NCBI RefSeq assembly: GCF_001194135.2
Contig: NC_068997.1
Location: forward strand, 57,037,124-57,101,123
Reading direction: 5' to 3'
Source: Octopus bimaculoides
Taxonomy: Eukaryota
DNA: 64,000 nt
This document shows, piece after piece, positions 40,026-52,208 of the stretch (positions within the stretch are counted from its first letter, which is position 1; each line of letters starts with the position of its first letter). The position numbers were made by a program, and so were the translations under genes. Under the pieces are notes generated by a model. It searched no databases and was not told where the DNA came from. It was given only the letters and a program-made list of their open reading frames with translations.

Positions 40026-42111
40026 TTAGCTCACTGTCTTTATGTATGAAATTATAATAGCCATAAATATGAGTTGGGTAAGGGTTGGTTTAGTTTCAGG
40101 AAAATTGTAAAGGAGAATATGGAATAATCAAAGACATTCAGACTTTATCCATCTAAGAATTTGTAGTTTAACATACCGTACTCTTATTGTAAAGTATTTG
40201 TTTGCACGTCAAACAAATACATAACTGAAGATTCTTAGTAGACTTGATAATAACCTTGTTCGTTTACATGTAAGATAACTGTGAAAACAGCAAAACAGGC
40301 ATAGCGATGGGAAGTAGTGAGGAAGGTGATATTTTCAAACATGTATTTCTTTCTTTCACTTATAGCAGAACAAGAATTAGATTCTCTGTTAATCTAATTA
40401 AACAGATTGTGTGCAGTTTTAAATAGCGTCAGAAATTTTTCAGTGTTCAGCCATTCAGATGTATCATTTTTCGGAATTGGCAAATACGAAGATGACCTCT
40501 AACCAGCAATCCGATACATCAAAATTAGAACATACTTATATGACCCGTAATCTATAAACGTATGGATCAGGATGCACTCGATACGAATTCATTACTACGG
40601 TGCAATATTTTGAAGGTAGCCTGACAAAAACTCAAAGCAACAGGACCATTTTTGTTTGATATTTATATAAATACCAGAAGATATTCTTTCACCGAGCTAA
40701 AATTATTCATCCATTTAGAAATTAATATTAAATTCAAGTGTGAGACAAGTACACGTTTCGTTGAAGTTAACCGTGAACTGAGATGACGTGGTTGTAGCTT
40801 AATCTTGAGTACAGAATCAATGTGCAAAGCGGATGATTTTGCAGACTTGGTTAATATTTAGTAATTATAAGAATATTTATCAAGCTAGATCGAATAATGA
40901 ATAATATAATGACTGGAAGGTTATGGTGCAGTACTAATATATTTTACGTCTTCAGTTGATTTATTCTGCAAGACTTTAGCTTAGTGTTGAGAATTTGCTA
41001 AATTTCTTTTAACAATCTTCCAGATAACGTTGGGGAAGATGTCTAAAATTCCGGAAGAGCATTGGCGTAGTTAACCCGAAGATGCACTGTACGCGATAAC
41101 AATAGATAAGGTTGCAGTAACAGAGCAATGCACATCAAATCTTGGTTGTGCGTTGTTATATAAAACATGAGCTCAGAGTTTAGTTATTTTAGTGAACAAA
41201 ATGAGAGACTTCGATAATAATCTACTTCTACTCAGTTATACTCTTGTCACAATTTGAGGATCTTTGGTTAAATTCGGGCTTTGCTGAGGAGGTCAAATAA
41301 GACCGTTACTTATTCATAGTTGGCTCCTGAAGATGCGAAAAGAAGCATGATTAGTTATTATACTAAGCTACACTGATTCTTCCCCAAATATTCAATTCAT
41401 CCTAGTTAAAGGTTTGGTGCTCACTAAATTTCTTTGTCTCATGTAAAACTGGTCACAGAAAGAAGCATGCATATGTGTCTGCAAAACTTTGTCTCGAAGT
41501 CCAGCCCCAATATTTACAGTTAGCTTCACAAAGAAAACACGCAATTTCTTCTTATATATATATAAATCTGTACACACACACACATACATATACACATATT
41601 ATATATGCACACAGACACACTCATACATACATATATATGTATGTATGTATGTATGCGCACAAATGCAATTCAGTAGCATGCATACATAATATTTATAAGA
41701 AAATTAGCAAAATATCCCCTTTCTGAAGAATGTAAGCATAGATTAAATGAATATTTGTAATTGCAAGTCCAAAGAGATATTTCTGACAGAGCCTTGAATA
41801 TCTCGGGAGTTCATATTTATTTAAACTAGATTATCTATGTAGTTCGGTTGAATTCTAATTTATCTCAATCGTTTCTTTATCAATAAAATGTTGTTTCTGT
41901 CCTTCATAATTGCTAAAATCAATGGAAGATATTTCTTTATTAACCACTGTAGAAGAGACTGGAATACGCTAACGGCTCATATTACGATCGCATATATTTA
42001 CAGTCACATAATACAGCACACGCACGCCCGCATACATACATACACACACACACACATGTATATATGTGCATTTGCGTGTGTGTGTGTGTATTTGTATTTA
42101 TATACAGATAC

Positions 42112-42184
<73 letters not shown>

Positions 42185-42517
42185 GTATGTAGATATGTGT
42201 GTATATATGCATATATGCATGTGTGTAGATATATATATATTACATGTGTTTGTGTATATACACACATACCTAGCTACATGTGTGTGTAATTGTGTGCATA
42301 TGTGTGTGTTTTATAGATTTCTTAAGTTTAAAAGTAGAGTGGAAAGTATAATTCAGGTGGAAGTAGGAAACAGATCTCTTGAATTAACCAGAGGCCTTAT
42401 TTCGTAGTTAATAAACCACAGGAAATCTTCTGTGAAATAAGTTTTTTCTTAAAACTGATAGTCCCTTAAACAATATAGACATGAAAGTCTGCTACTTGTA
42501 CACGTGTTTATGTATGC

Positions 42518-42569
<52 letters not shown>

Positions 42570-42711
42570 TTGTGTGTGTAGAGAGAGATAGATAGATATA
42601 TATATATACATACATATGCATATAAACATAAATATATATACATGTTTATATACTTATAGATATATGTATACATATATATACGTATAATATTCTTTATATG
42701 TGTGTATCCTT

Positions 42712-42742
<31 letters not shown>

Positions 42743-43327
42743 CGCACATTTTCAAGGAAATAGTCATCACTTTATCTTACATATTTATTTTCAATATTTA
42801 TGTGTGTGTTTGCTTGTGTGTATGTATACTTGTGTGTCTGTGTGTGCGTGCGCTTTGTGAGCGTCTGCGCGCGTATGTGTGCCTGCGCGTGCCCGTGCAC
42901 GCGTATGTGTGACGGAGAGAAGACAGAGGGCGATGGCGATAAAGAATGAATATTAGGTAAACAAAACAAGGGAAATTATGGTGGGGTGTAAGAGTTTCAT
43001 TTCAACATGTCTGCTCTCTCGAATGAATATTCTTAAAGCAAATAATACAAGTGGTACTATAATTACATTTATCTTGTAAACTTTAAAGGATTCTGGTGCC
43101 TAGAAGTCTCATAACTGGAGTGTATTCTTTCATTCCAACGACGATAAACAAACAGAATTTTCATCAATTTCAAGCTATAAAATAATAAAATGGTTTAAAC
43201 AAAAACAATCTGGAGCTCAGATCAATACATATCTCAAGTATTATACCCTGAAACTAAATTAATAACGTTGAATGTTATACATACATACATACATATATAC
43301 ACACTCGTATGTATATGTATAAATACG

Positions 43328-43365
<38 letters not shown>

Positions 43366-43677
43366 CATATATATATACATTCATAAGCGCGTGTGCACAC
43401 ACACATATATGTATGCAGTTACATTTATATATATATATATGTGTGTGTGTGTGTATATATGTAAATATTTGCATAGATGTATATGTCAAATAATTGATAA
43501 TCACAGCCGCAATATTCACTTACAGTCGCCTCTTGATCTTCTTTCGTAAATGTCTCTGCATCTTCTACTTCACTGCACACATCGCCGAATTAAGATGGAA
43601 TTATTGTGATTGGTACAAATTAAGAAATCTCCATATCAAGTGATTGCTCAACACTCAAAGTTCAGAATCATTTATCA

Positions 43678-43763
<86 letters not shown>

Positions 43764-43799
43764 CGAGAGCAAGTCAAAATGTTTTCGCCAGAACATATT

Positions 43800-44170
43800 A
43801 TTATTATTGTCACACTGCCTTCTGCACATGTCTGATGATCATGCTTGAAATAAACATCTCCGCAAGTGTACTCGATCTTCTGCCAATCTGGATTATGCTG
43901 AAATGCTGTGGCCATATGGTTGAGAATTTCGCTCCAGAAACATTTTTTTTTTTTGCCTTTTGAGATATGCTGTCCCTAATCAAAATGGACCCTAAGTCCT
44001 TGTAGGTGTCAACTTAATCAAGTCTATCTACAGTCAGCATGATGTTGTTTACTGTGTTTTATTTGTTACTGTCAACCAAGATTTTGTTCTTTCCTGGTTT
44101 AATTTCTTTCCTGTATGCTCCTGATACATTTTCCGCTGTGGTGGTCAGCCCCCGTTGTTCTGCTTCACTA
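43800..44170 (-). mobile_element. RTE LINE 3' segment (late RT plus tail), minus strand
   Basis: Reverse complement translates AYRKEIKPGKNKILVDS...IML...LD*VDTYKDLGSIL..D, matching RTE YGMEIS.EKSKI....LEEV..FKYLGS. It ends in gcagtgtgac(aat)n. Confidence 0.7.
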
Positions 44171-44184
44171 CCTCCTAAAAGGTC

Positions 44185-44990
44185 AATATGACCAGCAAAG
44201 CGCAGGCTGGAAATGGGCCGTCCCCCATTGGAAACAGATGGGTTGACGTCTTGAAGTGTCTCCTGCGTGATATTCTCCGAAGGTTAAGGGGAAAATGAAG
44301 GAAGACAAAGAGGAATGGATAACAGACAAGATCAAAATAATCGAAGCTGGGATAAAGAATATCAACAGAAAGGTTTCTTCTGAAACCCTCAAAAATAAAG
44401 AAACACATCATCATGATCATTGAAGACAAAACAGTCCTGCATCTCATGCTTGAGAATTGCAAAGACCTTTACAATCACAAACTCAAGCATGAGAGCAACA
44501 TGATAAACGATTCTAACAACAATAATAACAGGGAACTTCGGGATGTTCCAATTTTACAGGAGAAAGACGAAGAGGCAGTGCGCTTGCTCACAGAGGGGAA
44601 ATCCTCAGGAGTGGAAAACATCTCTCCAGAGCTCCTAAAACATGAAAGGCCAAAGCTCAAGGCACTAACAATTACTCGTCAGAAGATATGAGAGACGAAA
44701 CAGTGGCCAAACGAGTTGACCTTATCATCGTTGATGCCCAATCCCAAAAAAGGCAACTCCAAACTCAGCCAGAATTATAGAACAACCAGACTAATTAGTC
44801 ACCCAAACAAACTGTTGTTAAGAGTTCTGCTAAAGAGACTTAAGGGGATGGCAGAAGAGATCCTGGCAGAAGAACAAACAAGATTTAGGTCCAGAAACAG
44901 TACTGTGAAGGAAGTATTTACCATGAGACCCCTCACATCTGACATCTATCACTACAACATCGATTCCAAATTGGAGTCGATGAAGTTGTG
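44185..44990 (+). mobile_element. RTE LINE ORF2 fragment (EN-RT linker and RT N-terminus)
   Basis: KEEWITDKIKIIEAG...CKDLYNH...PIL...EAVRLLTEGKSSGVENISPELLK...KI*ETKQWP...PKKGNSKLSQNYRTTRLISHPNKLLLRVLLKRLKGMAEEILAEEQTRFRSRNST, a close match to RTE PKKGNL..CQNYRTISLISH.SK...AEEQAGFR.GRST. Confidence 0.95.
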
Positions 44991-45753
44991 ATACAATTGT
45001 GAGACTCCATCATTGAGTATAGCCAAGAGACAGGTTTTGCTATTTGAAAGAATCTCAACTGCTATTTCCAGCAACTTCAGCACCTACCTAAACCTTTAAC
45101 TGATTCTGCTGCTGCTATGATTTTAATAATTAATGATGATGCAGTACTGTAGTTTTAACTGTCATGAAACACAATCTATATTTTCTTACTGCTACAGTGA
45201 AGTCCTCAACGTTAAATATTTCAAGTAGTTTGTAATTTGTAAAAGTAAGCCACTTAATCTCCATAGAGTCTATAGAATGTCTGCTGCTTCATTACCAGGA
45301 ATTACAGTCAGCTTGTAGAGTTTACAGAATTGTTTGGAACTCACTAAATATTCACGATTCTTTGATGCTGGCATAAGACAACTTGCAATTAATTCCTCTT
45401 TATGCTTCAAACGAATTATTATTATTACTATTATTACTATTATAATAATAATAATAATTATTATTATTATTATTATTATTATTAGTGTTTCATATGTGAA
45501 AGAATTAAATTGTTCGAAATATAGATTTCTGAAATCACATAGCAGATTTAATTATTATATACGGATTGGAAAATATGCGAGAACCACCTATCATTAAATC
45601 TTGTTTTATTTGACATTACGTCTGTATGTGTGAATACGAACATACAGCTATGATGTGCGTGTGTGAGTATCTATGTGTATGTCTGAGTGTGTGGTGTGTG
45701 TGTGCTTGAATGTGTATGTGTGTGTGTTTGCGTGAGTGCATCTTGGTTTCTAG

Positions 45754-45828
<75 letters not shown>

Positions 45829-45892
45829 CATACATATGCGGACACTTATACACAGGCATATCTGCTGACATTCGTAGGTACGTATATATGTA

Positions 45893-45934
<42 letters not shown>

Positions 45935-46429
45935 GGGGGCGTGACATGATAGTCGTCTGCGTCTATGTAGAAGCTTATATGGTTGTGTATAATGGTGTAT
46001 GTGCAGTTTTATGCCAGTGTATGTATCTGTTCGTGATTATGTTTAGGTGTGCATTGCAGGAATGGAATTGTTGTGTGAGTGTATCGAAACGTGCTGCACT
46101 ATTTTCATTTATATCAGTGTGTACGTGCGAGGGAATGAGAGGAAGTGCGCATGCATGTACGTCTATGTGTGTATGCGTAAACATATATCTGTGTGTATGT
46201 GTGCGGGTGTATATTTGTTTGTGCATCTATTTGATGTTTATAGTAAGGTGTTTAGTAATTGCAGTATGGAGCGACAATAAATATCAACAGCAAAATATTC
46301 CACTGCTAACAAGCCACCATTCAATAAACTTTTAAACTAATTCTTTCATTGAGTTCTCCTCATTCAATTCACATTAAAGACGGTATTCTCAAGGAGATAC
46401 AGTTCATGTTATGTTTGTGGTAGTAATTG

Positions 46430-46860
46430 TTGTCGTGGTTGTTGTTGTTGCTTTTATTCCCAAGGAGCTCTTGATCTGCTAGGCGTATGGTGAAGGGGGT
46501 TACTTCGTGAATATATTATTTCCTCTCTCAATGAGCAAGAAATCAGAAACGTGTGACCCGTTTTCTTACAATGGTAGGTTGAGGATTTGAGGGCGGTTTG
46601 CTTCTGTGGCTAGCTACTCCTGGGATTATGTAAGTTGAATGATGACAGTGGACCTAAAGTTCGAACACTGTGGGGCTTTTGGTGAATGTAGGATTTGTGA
46701 TGGTGATATTATTCCAATGAACTGGAATTTGGGGTGGATATTCGGAGAGGGCAATGTGTTAACAGCATCCAAGGGACAAGGAGGCGAGTTACAGAGATCC
46801 ACCGATTAAGTCCACATTTTAAGTTGTTGTAGGGAATTAGGTGCCAGGAGGAAAACAAAA
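46430..46860 (-). mobile_element. Probable LINE 3' end/UTR with (CAA)n tail, unclassified
   Basis: GC-elevated block whose minus strand ends ...gggaataaaag(caa)n; no protein motif recognised. Confidence 0.35.
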
Positions 46861-48309
46861 TTAAATTGGTCGAAAATAATAAACTCAAAAAAGGGAGATG
46901 AGTTGAATAAAAATATCATTGCTAAATGAAATGACACGAAGTAAAACTTAAGAGGGGGGATATTGTAGAGTAATTATACTGAGAGGACGTTATATCGATC
47001 CAACACCTTGAAAATAACATTGTATGACTGAGGGTCGTACAGTGCGAGATAGAAACTTCCAAATGCAATATCTGTCAGCGCGACAACCGCCATGCAAAGA
47101 CAGCTATTACACAAATTTTACTTAAAAGCGAATAACACAAAAAATAATAGTCCCAGATACACTGTGCCATAAAACACTAGATTGCGACGGCTAGAATACG
47201 ATTGTATGAGATAAAGACGCTTTTGACTGACTAAAGGTCAACCAAAAAATAACCCCTACCATTGGTAATTCCTGGGAACTGTTAATCTCTAGCTGATTAT
47301 ACTAATATACATTGTTTCTTTGATATACACGGTAAGATGTGTTGAAGGATTTCTGTATTTTGTAGAGCAAATAGTGAACGTTGGTGTGCGTGTCTGTTTA
47401 GACTTATGCATTGAGACTTTGAAATTCAGTGTATATCTGACTGAGAAATGACAAGGAAGTGTTTGTAATGGACTGCAGAACCATCATCAGAATGGAGACA
47501 TTAAAAAAGTATATTTGATATTTGCATTCTTCCATGAGATATGTCCATAGGTGTATTTATACACACATAGGCATACATATACACATAGATCTCTCTTTCT
47601 TTCACTCTCTCTCAGTATACATACATACATACATCTATAATATTGTGTGATACATTTGTAGTGATCTCTATTTCATTTACTCTTACCAATTTTATATACT
47701 CGCATAAAAATTGTTAACGTTAATGCGTATGTAGAAGGAAGGGTAGAAGGGGGTTCAGGCGGGGGAGGAGGAAAAAAATAAGAAGAACGCGAAGAAGTTA
47801 AGACAAATCAGAAAACGGAAAAGAACGACATCAAAAACCAATTGCAATGGCAGCAGGAATAACGAATATTTGTTCGTCAGAAATATTAATACAAAAATAT
47901 ACCCTCGTCCCTGATTAAATTCTATGCACAATCTTATGAGGTTTTGACAACGTTGTGGAGCGGGGTGGGGGTGGGGCGGGAATTGTGCGATGTCGACTAA
48001 TTTTTGTTCACTACTGTTTGTGTGAGTACAAGATGTAATCATGTGTGTATCGCATCTGAATGATTGTTTTGTTGTTGTTGTTGTGAACTCTTTGTTTGTT
48101 GTTAAGGTTCCTCCTTGCAACAAGCTTGATTGAGTTGATTAAAGGAAGACAGTTCGATCGATATTTCTCTTCGTTTTTGTTCTCTTTCACATTTTGAAAA
48201 TAAGTCCAAATGTTTGGGATCGAATGATATGTTACCACTCTGAAGAAAATACCATGTACCATACGGTGTTGGTACTTTCCTGGTCGACGATTTCGTTTTA
48301 AGATTTCTG

Positions 48310-48383
48310 ATTTTGAAATCAGAACGTAAAGACAGACGAAATACTGCTATGCATTTCGCCCGGCGTTCTAACGTTTCTGCCTT
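48310..48383 (-). mobile_element. SINE family A head fragment
   Basis: cagaacgtaaagacagacgaaatactgctatgcatttcgcccggcgttctaacgtttctgcc. Confidence 0.8.
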
Positions 48384-48399
48384 ATAATTAACGTACTTT

Positions 48400-48609
48400 C
48401 TACTCTAGGCACAAGGCCCGAAATTTTTGAGGTGGAGGGAGACAGTCGAGTAGATCGACCCCAGTACGATATTGGTACTGGATTTGTCGATCCCAAATGG
48501 ATGAAAGGCAAAGTTGGCCTCGGCGGAGTTTGAACTCAGATCGTGAAGACAGCCGAAATACCGCTAAGCATTTCTCCCAGCGTGCTAGCGTTTCTGCCAT
48601 CTTGCCTTT
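48400..48609 (-). mobile_element. SINE family A copy
   Basis: ggcacaaggcccgaaattt...gatcgaccccagtac...ggatgaaaggcaaagttggcctcggcggagtttgaactcaga...ccgctaagcatt. Confidence 0.9.
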
Positions 48610-49075
48610 GTACAATTCAATATTAAAGCAATAAAAAATATATTATATAATCTGGAGTTGCGCAATTCAAGACTATAATATTATCATTTTTTTTTTTCCT
48701 GAAGAGATATAACAAAATACAACTTATTGCATTTGATGATTCTAAAATTTCGTTATATTGAAACATGTCTAGAATATCTTTTTGATTAATTTGGGTTATT
48801 TTGTTGATGCGGTTTTTTTTATACTTGTTTTTATGGGTATATCGTTTATTATTTTAATTTGCATTACTTTTCCAGTTATAATACAAATAAATGAACCAAG
48901 CATCTTTCTAATTTTTCTTCTCCATTTTCTTTTATTCACTTCTTTTAATTTTACGCGACTGTCTATACATACATATTGAGGAACTTTCTATTAATATATT
49001 TGGTTAAACCCAGTTGGTAGCCGGATAGTTTTTAATAATCCCTTACGAGAATATTGCTTCCTAAAATTCTGTATA

Positions 49076-49110
<35 letters not shown>

Positions 49111-49118
<8 letters not shown>

Positions 49119-49361
49119 ATAACAGATCGTGGGTAAGGCCAAATCAATACGAAGTAAATGCAAGGTAAATCACAAGAAAACTAGTATGTAAATTAATGCC
49201 GATCGGCAACATTCGTCAGTTTCTTGAAAATGGGACCATAACCCCGAAATACTGTACACAAGATAAGTCTACATTAATTCACATACTAGTTTTCTTGTGA
49301 TTTATATTGCATATTTACTTCGCATTGTTTTGGTCTTATCCACGACCTGTTACACAATATA
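49111..49361. mobile_element. Inverted-repeat element (88/90-bp arms, 73-bp spacer), MITE-like or Penelope-derived
   Basis: 49111-49198 aligns to the reverse complement of 49272-49361, including the exact 20-mer TAAATCACAAGAAAACTAGT extended by ATGT. Confidence 0.85.
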
Positions 49362-51820
49362 TTCTACACAAGTCTTCATAGTAATTATTCCATTATAATA
49401 TATATTACCGATAAATTGACTAATTTAATGCGTAAATATTTAGGTGTTTTTAATACTTAATATCTGAAAGTTTCTTAATTGAAATACTCCAAGGTTTACG
49501 TTTCCGAGTTTTGACCTAATAATCCGAACTTGCTTTCCGTTGAAATATTGTTTGTTATATACTGGAACTTAATATGATAGCTATAAAGAATAGTTATGGA
49601 TCATGTACGACAATTAGTGAAAAGCTCAAAAATTCGAGTGTGTCAGGCGCTGTCTTTTCCAGAGTCAATAAGATTTCGATGTTCGAAATGAATTGCCAAT
49701 GCAAGTCTGGAAATCACCGAAGTCCACGATTGAAAGATAGCAGAACGAGGTCCTATCTTACGACTGAACACTCCAAACATTAACAAATATGTAAATTTAC
49801 ACTGAAAAATGCCAAGATATGTCTCTTGTATGAATATCGACAGCCAGAAGATGAAAATTATAAAAAAGGAGGTATCTTTCCTCTTAAGATAAAGGCAACA
49901 AAAAAAAAATGGTAGCGTAGAGGGAAATTATAATATGACTTTCGTTTGGCTAAGCCTAACCAGAGAATAATATTTGATATGTAGCAAACTGTTTGAACAT
50001 ATTGCCAATATAAAATACATTATTTGAACGAAATGGTTTTTGCTTATTCAGTATACTCTTTAGGAAATATGAGAGAATTTAATCTAGCTGCCTGGTGAAG
50101 ACTAAATCGTAATCCAATTTCTCAGTGAAGTTAGGAAATAGTGATTGGACACTGAGAATGTATGGTGATGATGATGAAGACGATGATGATGATCATCGTC
50201 ATCATCGCCACCACCATCATCATGAACGTCATCCACTTAACAATTTCATTTCTTCACAATTGTGCATTCGATATTTGGATATATGTATTTGTACAAACAT
50301 CAACTCACACTGGTGCACACAGACGCACGCACATGCACATGCCCACGTGCGTGCGCCTATTTATATATATCAAAGTTCGCGTCTAAAATCAGGATGATGA
50401 ATATGAAGCTGTGACAATGATCACATTTGTGAGGAGGGTGATGATGTCTACGAAGACAATGATAATGGTGGTGGTGGTCAGGTGGTGTGGTAGTAATGTG
50501 ATAGCGGTAGCAGTGTGACAGTCGCAGAGGATGGTGGTAATGTTGGAAGGTTGATACCGACGGTGGCGATGACGATGACAACGATGATGTTGGCAATGAT
50601 GACAACGAGGGTCATGAAAACGACGACGACGGCGACAACAATAATGATGATGATGATGATTCGTTGGTAATTTAACCCGTTTGAAATATACTATATTTCT
50701 TGATATTTGTATGAATTTGCTTTCCAGTTCAGTTTCCGCAACAGTTGCAGACGAAATTCTCTCATGTTTAGCAAAGAATACACTGAGTCAGCAAAAAGCC
50801 TCTTTACCGAAATTTCATTTGAAGTTTTGCACTCAATTATAATTAATATTGGCAATGTAATCGGAAAGTTTGGCACTGCTACGTTTATGTTAGTTGAATA
50901 AGATTTCCAACAGAGACAGCGCAAATTCTTGAACATCTACACACACGCACATATGTCTGTCTCCGTATCTTTATCTAAATATCTGTCTCTCTATCTATCT
51001 GTAAATGTTATATGTGATGGATATGTTTGAGTTTTCTCAACATATGAAACTATTAATTACGCTCTAATACATGTATTGTGACCTTTAAATAAATAATATT
51101 TATCTCTGACCAGATGAAGCCTTTTTTGTTGAATTTTCTATCACGGGTCAGTAGATCACACACACACAAATATATATATATATATANNNNNNNNNNNNNN
51201 NNNNNNNNNNNNNNNNNNNNNNNNNNNNNNNNNNNNNNNNNNNNNNNNNNNNNNNNNNNNNNNNNNNNNNNNNNNNNNNNNNNNNNNNNNNNNNNNNNNN
51301 NNNNNNNNNNNNNNNNNNNNNNNNNNNNNNNNNNNNNNNNNNNNNNNNNNNNNNNNNNNNNNNNNNNNNNNNNNNNNNNNNNNNATATATATATATATAT
51401 ATATATATAGACAGACAAGCATACATACTATCATACATACACGCATACATACTCACACATATATGTACATGTCTGTATAACATAACTGGCTGCTCAATGC
51501 ATAACCGTTCTAAGACTTATATTACTTTTGATAGTCTAGCGCAACACATTGTAGCTATTACTGGTTTGTCACACTAACTGTTGGATGGTCGTCATATTTG
51601 CCTCCAGTTAGTCAGTGTGGATGTTAAATAAATAATAGGCGAGCGAGAAGTTCGAATGCAAGTCCGTCGCTTTTTTTCTTTCTGTATGCTTACTGATGAG
51701 AAGTAAGCATTCCATAGCTGACTCTTGTTATCATGTAGGATAAATGCAATGAGCGTGACAATGTAGGACAGAATTTTCAATTGTAATTTTCGTGGCAAAA
51801 ATTTGAAATTAATGTTATTA

Positions 51821-52048
51821 AGGCGGCGGTGTGCTGGCAGAATCGTTAGCACGGCGGGAAAATGAATTTACTGCATTTCGCCATTCTTTACCTTTTGAGT
51901 TCAAATTCCGCCAAAGTCGACTTTGCTTTTCATCTTTTCGGGGTCAATAAAATAAGTACCTGTTGAGTACTGAGGTCGATATAATCGACTTAACCCCTAC
52001 CCCAAAAATTCAGACTTTATGTCTATAGTAGAGAGGATTATTATTATT
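51821..52048 (+). mobile_element. SINE family A, full-length copy with (ATT)n tail
   Basis: tggcagaatcgttagc...gagttcaaattccgcc...gtcgactttgcttttcatcttttcggggtcaataaaataagtacc...tatagtagagaggattattatt. Confidence 0.92.
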
Positions 52049-52153
52049 GTCGTTGTTAGTGGTGTTGTTGCTGCTATTATAGTTTTCATCATCGTCGTCT
52101 TCTTCGCCATCCTTCTCCGCCTCCTCCTCCTCCACCTTCTTCTTTTTCTTCTT

Positions 52154-52208
<55 letters not shown>

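Noticed and set aside
43495-43525. miR-2-like seed (ATCACAGCC)
   Set aside because: The match stops after the seed region and there is no precursor hairpin.
43524-43572. Minus-strand acidic exon candidate EVEDAETFTKEDQEAT with GTAAGT donor
   Set aside because: The acceptor lacks a polypyrimidine tract, there is an in-frame stop just upstream and no homology.
50086-50107. 16-nt similarity to miR-22/miR-745 (AGCTGCCTGGTGAAGA)
   Set aside because: The 3' end diverges from the family as I recall it and the upstream sequence cannot form the 5p arm.
50125-50660. Asp/His-rich ORFs and a (GAT)n/(CAT)n fold-back
   Set aside because: Degenerate trinucleotide microsatellites; no splice or domain support.
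51686-51711. ATGCTTAC-TGATGAGA-AGTAAGCAT hairpin containing CUGAUGA
   Set aside because: No GAAA half of the hammerhead core in register; simple short hairpin.
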